The position numbers and the translations under genes were made by a program. From a bacterium (GTDB lineage: Bacteria; Fidelibacterota; Fidelibacteria; Fidelibacterales; Fidelibacteraceae), in contig OY781066.1 in NCBI GenBank assembly GCA_963676395.1, positions 512,001 through 576,000 on the forward strand: a DNA stretch of 64,000 nt. The letters run 5' to 3'. A model generated the notes under the pieces. The model did not search any database and was not told where the DNA came from. It saw nothing but the letters and a program-made list of their open reading frames with translations. Below, in pieces: positions 18,418 through 28,372 of the stretch; the stretch's first letter is position 1, and each line of letters starts with the position of its first letter.

Positions 18418-19308
18418 ATGACAAAAAGTAAACTTTTCACCACCCTGCTTATTATCAACCAGGCAATTCTTATCGCCTTTACCAATATTGCTTCCAAACA
18501 AGCAGCTATGGAAATTGATCCTTTTGTGATCTCTTTCTTCCGTTATGTGATCGGTGTTTCTGCTTTGGGTTTGATCGTATTGATCAAAGGTTCTAAAATA
18601 AAAATAGACTGGTCAGACTGGAAGCAATTGCTCTTTTTAATGTTTTGCGGCATGATCTTTAATCAACTGCTCTTTGCTCAGGCATTAGCATTTACCATCC
18701 CCTCTCACCCACCTTTAATTTATGCGCTGACACCAATTGTAATTATTATGATCGATATTATCCGGCATAAGAAAATAGCCTCAAAGCAGATCATTCTGGC
18801 CTCCATGCTTTCCTTGATCGGTGTGGGAATAGTCATGGGCAAAAACATTCTCATCTTTAACTCCTCCATACTTTTGGGAGACGCACTGGTTTTTCTTGCT
18901 ATGATCTGCTGGTCTTTTTATACGGCTTTCAGTAAAAAGATGATTCATAAATATGGTGCTCTGGAATTATTATTGATCCTGCTAACAGGTGCTATGATCC
19001 TCTATATGCCATGGGGCATACATCGCACCATTCAGGCAGATTTAAGCTTGATCACGCCCAAAGGCTGGCTAAGTATTATTTATTTAGGAGCTTTTAGCTC
19101 CGGTATGGCCTACTTAAATTATTTTCTCGTCCTAAAAAGAATTGATCCGGCACAAACGGGCTTGATCATCACTCTACATCCACCTGTAACCATCCTTCTC
19201 TCAATCTTATTCGGATACGAGCATTTCCAATGGCATCTTATTAGTGGAACTATACTGGTTATTTTGGCATTGTGGATATCGCAGAGAACACAAAGCAGTA
19301 GACAGTAG
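18418..19308 (+). CDS. EamA/DMT family transporter
   Basis: About 10 TM helices in two EamA repeats (FFRY, LLGDALVFLAMICWSFY, LFGYE). Confidence 0.9.
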   Translation: MTKSKLFTTLLIINQAILIAFTNIASKQAAMEIDPFVISFFRYVIGVSALGLIVLIKGSKIKIDWSDWKQLLFLMFCGMIFNQLLFAQALAFTIPSHPPLIYALTPIVIIMIDIIRHKKIASKQIILASMLSLIGVGIVMGKNILIFNSSILLGDALVFLAMICWSFYTAFSKKMIHKYGALELLLILLTGAMILYMPWGIHRTIQADLSLITPKGWLSIIYLGAFSSGMAYLNYFLVLKRIDPAQTGLIITLHPPVTILLSILFGYEHFQWHLISGTILVILALWISQRTQSSRQ

Positions 19309-19410
19309 AAAATAGAAAATAATATTATTTTAGGGCTTAATGGTAAAAATGAGGGACTAAAAAGATGTCCCAAATTGTGTACATCTTAAAGTTTTCACGT
19401 TCAATTAAAA

Positions 19411-19435
19411 TAGCCTTGGATTTAACCCAAGGCTA
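19411..19435. terminator. Hairpin between convergent genes; same family as 51865-51901
   Basis: TAGCCTTGG-atttaac-CCAAGGCTA. Confidence 0.65.
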
Positions 19436-19460
19436 CGCATTTTTAATCCTAAATTCTTAA

Positions 19461-21545
19461 TTATAAGCGTTGTGGTCTCGGTCTTCCGGGGCTCTTCATT
19501 CTTCTGAACAGCAGGTGTTCTTTACGTTTAAGTTCATTGTCGCCATCTGCTCTGTTAACATAGAGAGATGAGTCAATATTAATATCCTCAGTTTTAATGC
19601 TGTCACCTGCCAAGAATGCAAGATAGTCGGAGATATCGGTTTCAATCGCAGAAATGCGGTGTGCGCTGCGACTGGCCAATTTCGACCCGGGATGCTCATC
19701 TTTGACGATATGATAATACTTTAAGGTACTATCTTGTGTATTTTCATCGCGACTTAATTCATTATCGTATAACCAAGCGATCTTATAAGCTACCAAGGCA
19801 TGATTTTTGTTATCAATATCATCACTGTTCAAAAGTGATTTTAATTCTTGTACACCTATACTGTAATCTTCATTATCTAGGTAAGTCATTTCTATGTCAA
19901 AAATCTTTTCCTGATTACTATAATATTTAACAGAATCACTGGGAACTCTACCTAAAATATTGTTCGAGATATTTGATTCGGGAAATTTCTCTATCAACTC
20001 TGCTTTTATACTATCAGCTATCGTTTTATTCCCCAATTCATGCTCCCATACATATGCCTGTGAATATAAAGCCAAAGGAATGTCTTGAGTAAAATAATAA
20101 TCGTTTTCAATTCTTTCATAAATGCTCAAGGCAGTATCTTTCATAGACAGATCAAACAAAAAATATCCTGCCAATGTATTGAGGTACCCTACATACTGAT
20201 TGGCACTCTCCACATATTTATTCATGGCCTCATCATAACGATAATAGCGTTTATTCACTACCGCTTTAATAGAATCGATCTGTAAACTATCTGCATTCAA
20301 TGTATCAGCATAGACTAATTCTCTTCTTTGTGCCTCACTATCGGTGGAGTCTTTAAGTATTTCATATTCCAACCATGCAGAATCTGCAAGTGCGGGTGTC
20401 GATTTAAGAATAGAAGTTAAAGCACTTTCTGTTTTTTGCAGCAACTTGATCCTACTTTCCATTTTTACTGCTTCTTCTCCCTCTTTAGCCTGATGTTTTT
20501 TCAACTTAGCCTGATTAAAGAAGTATTGCGCAGAATCAAGGTTCACATCATTGTATAAATAATACTCACCTAATCTATAAGCAGATTTTACCCAGGCTTG
20601 AGAATCTTTATTATTTTTATATATGCGATCCTTTACCACATTTCGCAATAGTCTTGAAGCTTCTGTACCTTCGCCATTCGAAAAATAAATATTAGCTTCT
20701 TCATAAATGAGATCACCCCAATACTGAGAGATACGGGCATCAGCCTTAGCTTCTTCAATAACCTTCAATGCATTTTGTTTGCTACCCTGCATTCTATAGA
20801 TACGTGTGTACATAATCTGAACGCGGGCACGCTGTTCATCAAATTTAATATTTCTGTTTGCTTTTTGAGCCAACTTCAAAGCCTCATCATAATTGGCATT
20901 TTCTAACAATAATTCCGCAGCCTCCAAATACATATTACAACGATCTTCTTTTGTAGATGCCTGTTCAGCTGATCGTTTGAATGCATCCAATGCTTTTTCT
21001 TTATTATCTTCCTGTAAAGCAAGAAAGCCTATCAAAGAGTATGCATCGGAGAAATATTCTTTATTTTTTGTATTCGCTAGAAACTGCTCCAAAAGATCAT
21101 AAGCAATGGTTTTTTTATCCATTTCAAAAAATACTTTAGATCTCCATAATTTAGATTCAAAATAATAAGGACTGTCAGGATACCTTAAAGTCAACTCTTC
21201 GAGACCGTCCAAGGCCTGTTTATATCGTTGCAATTCAAATTGACAAATGGCATTCATAAACATACAATCGTCAATAAATGATGAGGTCGGAAACTTACGC
21301 ATAACCAACTCAGCCTGCTTACTGGCTTTATTTAAGGCTGCGCGTGTATCTGTAGAAAGCTTGGTTTTATCCTCTTCATTTTCATACAACTCCTGAGCCT
21401 CATTATAATACACTTTAGCATTATAGTAGGTATTAAAATAGGCCAAAATATCAGCTCCTGCGCGTGTAAAGAAATTATCTTTTGCGGCAAATGCCGAAAG
21501 GGGGATCAGCAATGATAAGAGAATAATGATTTTTTTCATGTCCAT
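19461..21545 (-). CDS. Exported TPR protein, SprE/PorW-like (candidate T9SS accessory component)
   Basis: Signal peptide; N-terminal DNFFTR...AYFNTYYNA; many TPRs of the 'YPDSPY' and 'FPES' type. Confidence 0.6.
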   Translation of the reverse strand: MDMKKIIILLSLLIPLSAFAAKDNFFTRAGADILAYFNTYYNAKVYYNEAQELYENEEDKTKLSTDTRAALNKASKQAELVMRKFPTSSFIDDCMFMNAICQFELQRYKQALDGLEELTLRYPDSPYYFESKLWRSKVFFEMDKKTIAYDLLEQFLANTKNKEYFSDAYSLIGFLALQEDNKEKALDAFKRSAEQASTKEDRCNMYLEAAELLLENANYDEALKLAQKANRNIKFDEQRARVQIMYTRIYRMQGSKQNALKVIEEAKADARISQYWGDLIYEEANIYFSNGEGTEASRLLRNVVKDRIYKNNKDSQAWVKSAYRLGEYYLYNDVNLDSAQYFFNQAKLKKHQAKEGEEAVKMESRIKLLQKTESALTSILKSTPALADSAWLEYEILKDSTDSEAQRRELVYADTLNADSLQIDSIKAVVNKRYYRYDEAMNKYVESANQYVGYLNTLAGYFLFDLSMKDTALSIYERIENDYYFTQDIPLALYSQAYVWEHELGNKTIADSIKAELIEKFPESNISNNILGRVPSDSVKYYSNQEKIFDIEMTYLDNEDYSIGVQELKSLLNSDDIDNKNHALVAYKIAWLYDNELSRDENTQDSTLKYYHIVKDEHPGSKLASRSAHRISAIETDISDYLAFLAGDSIKTEDINIDSSLYVNRADGDNELKRKEHLLFRRMKSPGRPRPQRL

Positions 21546-21587
21546 TGATCGCTATAATTTTATAAATGTTCCAATATCGGGAATAAA

Positions 21588-21671
21588 ATACGAATTACAA
21601 TTCGTGTTACATAATAGTTTTAGATGATTTATGAATAAATGATACAGAGACGCAAAAATTCGCGTCTCTAT
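21588..21671. repeat. Two REP-like palindromes
   Basis: ATACGAATTACAATTCGTGTTAC (21588-21610) and TACAGAGACGCAAAAATTCGCGTCTCTAT (21643-21671). Confidence 0.6.
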
Positions 21672-21683
21672 AAAATAAATATA

Positions 21684-23591
21684 TTATTTTTCCTGAAGCT
21701 TCTTCAACCGTTTTAATGCGTCCTGACCGCTCTTAATAATATCATCTTCAACTTGCTTTGAAAAATCACCATCTTCTTTCCACTTGGCAAGCTCTTCGGC
21801 TTCGAGTTGAGTATAAGCGATCTTACCTACTTTGGTCAATGGGAATTCTTTACGAAATTCAACAAACTGGGGACAACTCCAGCTATTGATCCTGCCTTTA
21901 CAATAATCTTTAATCTCTTCTGCCAATTCCGGTGAAGGTTCAACATCATCTTCAAGTATAATAAAGGCCTTAATCACGTTGATCTTATAGGGATCCGGCA
22001 CACCGATGGCACAGGAAGATTTCACGGAGGGATGCGCATCAAGGCAGTGTTCAATTTCAGGTGGAAAAACTCCAATTCCGGATACCTTTACCATTCGCTT
22101 TATGCGCAAACGAAAAAATAAATAACCATCTTTATCCATATAACCCATATCTCCCGTATGTAACCAGGTAAGACCGTCTTTATGCTTTCTTAAAACTTCA
22201 GCGGTTTCCTCTGGCTCATCCAGATAACCTAACATCATAGTTGGGCCGGTGGCACAAATTTCACCATCTTCTCCCGCTGCCACTTCATTGATGGTGCCGG
22301 GCTCAACAATCTTAACGCTCATACTGGAAATGGGAACACCAACAGAGCCATCACGATCATTTCCCGAAGGTATTAAGGCATGACCGGTTACAGTTTCGGT
22401 TAAACCGTAACCTTCTCTGATCTTCGCTTTAGATCCGCCTTGTTTTAATACCTTATTAAACTTATCACGTACCGGTTTGGGCATTTTATCCGCGCCCACA
22501 AACACACCGATCAAATTTGAGAGATCAGATTTATATAATTTTTTATTCCGAAGCATAGCTTCATATAATGTCGGAACACCTGCAATAATATTGGGACAAT
22601 TCCGTTGGATCTGTTTGACCACTATATCACCATCAAACTTCGGCACCAAACGACTTGTACCACCATGCATCAAGATAGTATGCACACATATCCCCAAACC
22701 AAAGCCATGGAATACGGGCAAAATAGCCAGTATCACCGTACCCGGCTTAAAATCACCATCCAATTGCAAAATCATTTGCTCACCTAAAGCATTAAAGTTG
22801 CGACTAGTGAGCATTATACCCTTTGATCGACCTGTTGTACCGCCACTATAAAGAATCACAGACATTTCATCAGGATCCACTTCCACTTCAGGTGCCGGTT
22901 GCGATTTGGTTTTCATGAAATCCTGCCAATGTAAAACATAGGGATCATCATTTGGCACTTTAGGGATTTTTCGACCGGTGGTAAAATTAAAAACCTGCGT
23001 TTTTACTTCATTCAAATAGTCGGGAATACGCGTTAACAAAAGAGTTTCGGCTTCCACTTTAGCCATAATTGATGCAAAACGACTATAAAATGCATCGAGA
23101 GCGATCGCCCATTTCGATTTAGAGATATTCATAAAATATTCTATTTCGCTAGAGGTAGATAGTGGGTGAATTTCTGAAACGATCGCACCAATTTTATTCA
23201 GCGCATAAAAGGTGATTAATGCCTGGGGTATATTCGGCAAACAAATTGTAACTCTGTCACCCTTGCGCATTCCTCGTGCCCAAAAGGCATCGGCACATTT
23301 ATCAATATCTTTTAGAAATACTTTGAATGTACATTTTTCTCCAAGAAATTCATACGCATTGATCTTTGGGTAATTATAGGCTGCCCGGCGGATCGTTTCA
23401 TATAAAGATTCATCCCGTGTAACAATTTCGGCAGGAACCCGTTTATGATATTGTTTTAACCACGGTTTTTTTGCGCTAAGACTTTTCTTGTTAGATTTAC
23501 TTGTAGGCTTTGGATCTTTACTTTGTTTTTTCTCGGTCTTTACAACTTTCCTATCTGCTTTTTTCTTTACAGATACTTCACTCTTAGGCAT
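21684..23591 (-). CDS. Long-chain acyl-CoA synthetase / AMP-binding enzyme
   Basis: YSGGTTGRSKG, EGYGLTE, WLHTGDMG and LTKVGKI motifs. Start placed at MPKSEV (SD GGAGGG). Confidence 0.9.
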   Translation of the reverse strand: MPKSEVSVKKKADRKVVKTEKKQSKDPKPTSKSNKKSLSAKKPWLKQYHKRVPAEIVTRDESLYETIRRAAYNYPKINAYEFLGEKCTFKVFLKDIDKCADAFWARGMRKGDRVTICLPNIPQALITFYALNKIGAIVSEIHPLSTSSEIEYFMNISKSKWAIALDAFYSRFASIMAKVEAETLLLTRIPDYLNEVKTQVFNFTTGRKIPKVPNDDPYVLHWQDFMKTKSQPAPEVEVDPDEMSVILYSGGTTGRSKGIMLTSRNFNALGEQMILQLDGDFKPGTVILAILPVFHGFGLGICVHTILMHGGTSRLVPKFDGDIVVKQIQRNCPNIIAGVPTLYEAMLRNKKLYKSDLSNLIGVFVGADKMPKPVRDKFNKVLKQGGSKAKIREGYGLTETVTGHALIPSGNDRDGSVGVPISSMSVKIVEPGTINEVAAGEDGEICATGPTMMLGYLDEPEETAEVLRKHKDGLTWLHTGDMGYMDKDGYLFFRLRIKRMVKVSGIGVFPPEIEHCLDAHPSVKSSCAIGVPDPYKINVIKAFIILEDDVEPSPELAEEIKDYCKGRINSWSCPQFVEFRKEFPLTKVGKIAYTQLEAEELAKWKEDGDFSKQVEDDIIKSGQDALKRLKKLQEK

Positions 23592-23636
23592 AATTCCCTC
23601 CCGGAAGAGCATGATCTTCCTTATTTGCGTATGTAC

Positions 23637-24167
23637 TTAGAGTATAAAATTGTTTACAATAACGATTGCAAGAATACCTGTTCCGCAGCCATAGAATATG
23701 CCACCGACAATATCAGAAGGATAATGAACACCTAAATAGATCCTGGATATTCCCACAAGAAATGCAAATATAAAAAGTGGGATGGTTAGGAAAGGTGTAA
23801 AATATGATATAAAGGTTGCAACTAAAAAAGCCACCGAAGTGTGCCCGGAGGGAAAGGAAAACTCATCAATGGGATACACAACATTCTCAATATCGGAATG
23901 GGCATTAAAAGGTCTCACTCGACGAATAGTATGTTTTAACAAAAAATATATCGGGAATTCAATAGCAAAAGCTACGATCGTGGTCCAAAGTGCAGGCTTA
24001 AATAACTCTGGATGTTTCCAGTGAATAAACACAAGAAAAAGGAGATAAAAGTAACCATCTCCAATAAAAGAGATCACACGAAAAAATATCGGCAGAAATG
24101 AATCACGCCGAAAGTTAAAGATTGCTCTAAAGAGCTTTAGATCAAGTTCACTTACTTTTGCTTTCAT
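23637..24167 (-). CDS. PAP2-family phosphatase
   Basis: KHTIRRVRP, SFPSGH and SRIYLGVHYPSD motifs. Confidence 0.93.
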   Translation of the reverse strand: MKAKVSELDLKLFRAIFNFRRDSFLPIFFRVISFIGDGYFYLLFLVFIHWKHPELFKPALWTTIVAFAIEFPIYFLLKHTIRRVRPFNAHSDIENVVYPIDEFSFPSGHTSVAFLVATFISYFTPFLTIPLFIFAFLVGISRIYLGVHYPSDIVGGIFYGCGTGILAIVIVNNFIL

Positions 24168-24816
24168 GCTTTCTCAAAGGGACAAAATGTACATCTGTGA
24201 TGACTTTCCCTTTCCATTCTCCCTTTATTTGCTCGTATAATACTAATAATTGATCGAATTTACCAACAGGTAATATAAGTTTTCCACTTGGTTTTAATTG
24301 ATCCAACAAATTCTCCGGTAAACTTTCCGGCGCTGCCGAAAGGATAATGGCATCATAGGGTGCTTTGGTCTTATGACCGTTGTACCCATCTTTGCAAAAG
24401 ATCTCAACATTATCAATTTTCAGTTTTTGAATGACTTTCTTACTACGTTCAGCAAGGTCTTTTTCCAGCTCTATACCGGTAACCTTTTTTACAAGTAAAG
24501 ATAATAATGCGGTAACATAACCGGATCCCGAACCTATCTCCATTACGTTATCACTTTGCTTTAACTTAAGTGTCTCAAGCATCAAGGCAACCACATAGGG
24601 CTGCGAAATGGTTTGACCGCACCCAATGGGTACAGCCTGATCACGATAGGACTTCTCATAAGCTTCTTCGGGTAAAAACTCATGTCGTGGAATACATAAG
24701 AAAGCATCAAGTAAACGCTTATCTTTAATCTCATACTCTTTCAGTAATTTGACCATTTTTTCACGTTTAGTGTATTTACCGAATTCCGCATAGCGAGAGG
24801 TATTGATTTTTTTCAT
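24148..24816 (-). CDS. pcm: Protein-L-isoaspartate O-methyltransferase
   Basis: PRHEF, GQTISQP, EIGSGSGY, APYDAI and VHFVPL motifs. Confidence 0.95.
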   Translation of the reverse strand: MKKINTSRYAEFGKYTKREKMVKLLKEYEIKDKRLLDAFLCIPRHEFLPEEAYEKSYRDQAVPIGCGQTISQPYVVALMLETLKLKQSDNVMEIGSGSGYVTALLSLLVKKVTGIELEKDLAERSKKVIQKLKIDNVEIFCKDGYNGHKTKAPYDAIILSAAPESLPENLLDQLKPSGKLILPVGKFDQLLVLYEQIKGEWKGKVITDVHFVPLRKHESKSK

Positions 24817-24948
24817 AATTACTTAATGTTAGATGTAAAAGTGTATGATTTAAAATGTAAGGTTATAGGTTATAAAAGGTTTGACATGTATATTTTTTCC
24901 CTTACAAACGATATGAACTAACTACAAAAAAAGGGAGGAGAAAAAATG

Positions 24949-25683
24949 TTAAGATTTGTTTTCCGGTCGTCTGTGATTTTTATTGGCGGGTTTTCTCTGA
25001 TAAGATTTTTCAACCCGAATGATATGTCCCTTATTCATGACCAGAGTAATATCAACAAGACGATGGCGATTCAAAGATTGAGCTGAGGCAAGCACCAAAG
25101 TCTTATTATCTTGTTTTATGCTTTTCTTTAACATAGAGACATATTTTTTTACAAAACCTTCATCCAGAGATTCAAAACAAGGATCATCAATAATGATCAC
25201 TTTTGAATCTTTTAAAAATACCGTAAGTAAACTAATTTTTCTACGGGTTCCGGGTGAAAGTTCTGACATTTTTCTGTTTGCAATTTCGGATAGTGCAAAC
25301 TCATCCATTAATTCCATCACCGTGCGATAAGCAAGAGGTGAAGATAATCTTTTTGCCTTTACGGCATTTAACAATGTAGCCAAAGGAGTCTTTTTAAATA
25401 TATTTTCTCCTTGGCGAACATATGAAATTAAATTTTTAACGATCTTTGTTGAATACTGTTTTTTAGCCAATGATTTACCTTCAAAATAAATCGTACCTTC
25501 ATTGAGCTTGGCTTCATGAGCAAAAACATCTAAAAGAGTTGATTTTCCGGCACCATTGGGGCCCTGGATCTGATAAATAATTCCCGGGAAAAGTGTCGAT
25601 GTATATATCTCGATCGTTTCATGCGGCTTTTTAACTTTAATATTTTCAAGTTTTAGCAGCGGGGTTTGTTCAGTCATAGTCAT
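24949..25683 (-). CDS. Orphan ABC-type ATP-binding protein with degenerate catalytic motifs
   Basis: Walker A GPNGAGKST; signature LSPGT; Walker B IIIDD; no permease gene adjacent. Confidence 0.8.
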   Translation of the reverse strand: MTMTEQTPLLKLENIKVKKPHETIEIYTSTLFPGIIYQIQGPNGAGKSTLLDVFAHEAKLNEGTIYFEGKSLAKKQYSTKIVKNLISYVRQGENIFKKTPLATLLNAVKAKRLSSPLAYRTVMELMDEFALSEIANRKMSELSPGTRRKISLLTVFLKDSKVIIIDDPCFESLDEGFVKKYVSMLKKSIKQDNKTLVLASAQSLNRHRLVDITLVMNKGHIIRVEKSYQRKPANKNHRRPENKS

Positions 25684-25822
25684 TACCTTTCAAGGTATTC
25701 TCCTCCCTAATTTTCAAAAAGCACCCTAAAATACACTGGAATGTCGGAAAATGAAAGCGTAATTCGATCATTCGGCTATTCTCTTCTTCACTTGTTCTAG
25801 CATCAGGCTATTTACCTATCTT

Positions 25823-25843
25823 AATTGAGATTTATTCTCAATT
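25823..25843 (+). promoter_or_regulatory. Fur box upstream of feoA
   Basis: Inverted repeat AATTGAGA-tttat-TCTCAATT just upstream of a TTGAAA-N16-TATTAT promoter-like element; fur lies in the operon. Confidence 0.75.
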
Positions 25844-25883
25844 CCCCTTTGAAAATGTAAAATTATTCACTATTATTTGCCTT

Positions 25884-26270
25884 ATGGAAAATGAACACAC
25901 AAAATCAGATATTATTTCACTCAGTCAAGCCGAGATCGGTAAACGCTACCAGGTAGTATCAGTTAAAACGAAAAGTGCCGTACATCAGCGTATGTTGGAT
26001 ATGGGACTTGTACCGGGAGTCAAACTTTGGGTTGTTCGTTTTGCCCCTCTAGGCGATCCTATAGAAATCCGGATAAGGCACTTCTTAATGAGCCTGCGAA
26101 AAGATGAAGCGGAAGGTGTTGACGTTGTAGATTTGGGTTATCATCACAATCATCATCACATGAAAAAAAAATGTGATGATTGTCATGGGAAACGGGGCCG
26201 AGGTCGGGGACAAGGTCGTAATCATAATTGGCTAAGACATCATAGGTGGAAAAAAGAAGATAATGAATAA
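25884..26270 (+). CDS. feoA: Ferrous iron transport protein A with His/Cys/Gly-Arg-rich C-terminal extension
   Basis: RMLDMGLVPG...APLGDPIEI...LRKDEA. Confidence 0.93.
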   Translation: MENEHTKSDIISLSQAEIGKRYQVVSVKTKSAVHQRMLDMGLVPGVKLWVVRFAPLGDPIEIRIRHFLMSLRKDEAEGVDVVDLGYHHNHHHMKKKCDDCHGKRGRGRGQGRNHNWLRHHRWKKEDNE

Positions 26271-28371
26271 AACCATTCATGTTGCACTTGCGGGAAATCC
26301 CAATTCGGGGAAAACATCAATATTTAATGCTCTCGCGGGCACCAATCAAAAAGTCGGAAACTTCTCAGGAGTCACGGTAGAAAAAGTTGAAGGATCTTTT
26401 AAATATAAAGATTATACGATCCGATTGATCGATCTGCCCGGCACATATAGCTTATCCCCCTACAGTCCGGAAGAAAAAGTTGCTCGTGATTATATTATAA
26501 ATGAGAAACCCGATATGGTCGTTAACATTGTTGACGCTACCAATTTGGAACGTAATCTTGTTCTCACCACTCAACTAATGGATTTGGAAGTCGAACTCCT
26601 TGTTGTCATGAACATGTTCGATGAAATAAAAAAACAAAACATCCACATAGATCTGAATCAATTTGAGCAATTGTTCGGCGCTCATGTCATTCCTGCCTCT
26701 GCAGTTACAAAAGAAGGTATCGAGGATCTTCTGGAGCATATTATCCAGATCAAGGCCGGTGAGATCGAGACTAAAAAATATAAACATACCTACACTGAAA
26801 ATATTGAAAATGATATTGTTGAATTATCTCAACTCATTGAAGATAGAAAGATCTCACAAAATTTGCCTACACGTTGGATGGCGATCAAAATAATTGAAAA
26901 TGATAAAGATGTGGTTAAAATTCTATCCTCCCACCCCTGTTGGCGGGAAATAGAAGAAAAATATCATACCATTAAATATCGAATATATAAGCTTCATCAA
27001 GGGAAAGAACCCAATGTATATTTAAGTGAAGAACGCATAGCTTTTATCAATGGCGCCATTCATGAAACAGTTACTTTCCCAGAAGATGAGCCTGAATCAC
27101 TCACCGAAAAGATTGATAATGTTTTACTCCATCGTTTTTTAGGTTTACCTATCTTTCTTCTGGTCATGTATACCATTTTTCAGTTGACCTTCCGCCTTGG
27201 CGAGTATCCCATGCAATGGATCGATGGACTATTTCAGGCCCTGACACTTTGGCTGGATAAGATTATTCCGGCATCTATGTTCAAATCCATCTTACTTGAT
27301 GGTATTATCGCCGGTGTTGGTGGTGTATTGGTATTCTTGCCTAACATCCTGATACTGTTTTTATGTATTTCAATACTTGAAGCCACGGGTTATATGGCTC
27401 GCGTTGCCTTTGTAGTCGATAAACTCATGCATCGCATTGGCTTACACGGAAAATCTTTCATCCCCATGATCACAGGTTTTGGCTGCACCGTACCGGCGAT
27501 CATGGCCGCTAGAACACTCCGGAACAAGGGTGACAGGCTTACGACCATGATGGTGGTTCCTTTCTTTTCCTGTGGTGCAAAGCTTCCGGTATATACTGTA
27601 ATCATTTCAGCGTTTTTTGCTCCGGCTATCGCCGGGAATGTCCTGTTCGGTATCTACTTGTTCGGTGTATTTATTGGATTACTTTCGGCAAAGCTCCTAC
27701 GTAAAGCAGCATTTAAAGATGAATCTGAGCCTTTCGTAATGGAACTACCCCCATATCGAAAACCCTCGGGTAGCTCTATGGTCAAACAAACCTGGAATCG
27801 CGCACGAATGTACATTCGCAAAGCGGGAACGGTCATACTTCTTGCCAGTATTATTATTTGGTTTGCTGGTACCTATCCCAAGCAAATAGATGTGACAAAA
27901 AAATATGAAAGATTACAAAGCGTAGAAAATATAGATCTTGATTCACTTGCAAGGCTAGAGCGTGCAGAACAACTCCCCTATTCAATAGCCGGAAGATTGG
28001 GAAACGCTCTTGAACCGCTTATGAGACCTTTGGGGTTTGATTGGCGTTTAAATATTGCTTTGATAAATGGATTAGCGGCTAAAGAGATCGTTGTTTCCAC
28101 CATGGGAACAATATTTGCCATCGGTGATACAGAAGAAGATAGTCACACACTTGCAGAATCACTTCGAAATGATCCTGCATACTCGCAAGCTGTAGGTTTA
28201 TCGTTCATGGTCTTTGTCCTACTCTATATTCCTTGTATCGCCTCAGTTGCCGTTTTCCGCTCGGAAAGCAATTCAAGAAAATGGACATTTATTTTTGTTG
28301 CATATACTATAACTGTCGCTTGGATAGCGTCCTTTGCTGTATTCAATATCGCAAAACTCTTTGGATTATAA
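26263..28371 (+). CDS. feoB: Ferrous iron transport protein B
   Basis: GNPNSGKT, DLPG, NMFD, GFGCTVPA, FSCGAKLP, FVMELPPY and LYIPC motifs. Confidence 0.97.
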   Translation: MNKTIHVALAGNPNSGKTSIFNALAGTNQKVGNFSGVTVEKVEGSFKYKDYTIRLIDLPGTYSLSPYSPEEKVARDYIINEKPDMVVNIVDATNLERNLVLTTQLMDLEVELLVVMNMFDEIKKQNIHIDLNQFEQLFGAHVIPASAVTKEGIEDLLEHIIQIKAGEIETKKYKHTYTENIENDIVELSQLIEDRKISQNLPTRWMAIKIIENDKDVVKILSSHPCWREIEEKYHTIKYRIYKLHQGKEPNVYLSEERIAFINGAIHETVTFPEDEPESLTEKIDNVLLHRFLGLPIFLLVMYTIFQLTFRLGEYPMQWIDGLFQALTLWLDKIIPASMFKSILLDGIIAGVGGVLVFLPNILILFLCISILEATGYMARVAFVVDKLMHRIGLHGKSFIPMITGFGCTVPAIMAARTLRNKGDRLTTMMVVPFFSCGAKLPVYTVIISAFFAPAIAGNVLFGIYLFGVFIGLLSAKLLRKAAFKDESEPFVMELPPYRKPSGSSMVKQTWNRARMYIRKAGTVILLASIIIWFAGTYPKQIDVTKKYERLQSVENIDLDSLARLERAEQLPYSIAGRLGNALEPLMRPLGFDWRLNIALINGLAAKEIVVSTMGTIFAIGDTEEDSHTLAESLRNDPAYSQAVGLSFMVFVLLYIPCIASVAVFRSESNSRKWTFIFVAYTITVAWIASFAVFNIAKLFGL

Positions 28372-28372
28372 T

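Noticed and set aside
26172..26186. c-type cytochrome from the CDDCH motif in FeoA
   Set aside because: FeoA has no signal peptide, so periplasmic heme attachment is unlikely. Kept only as a possible metal-binding motif.
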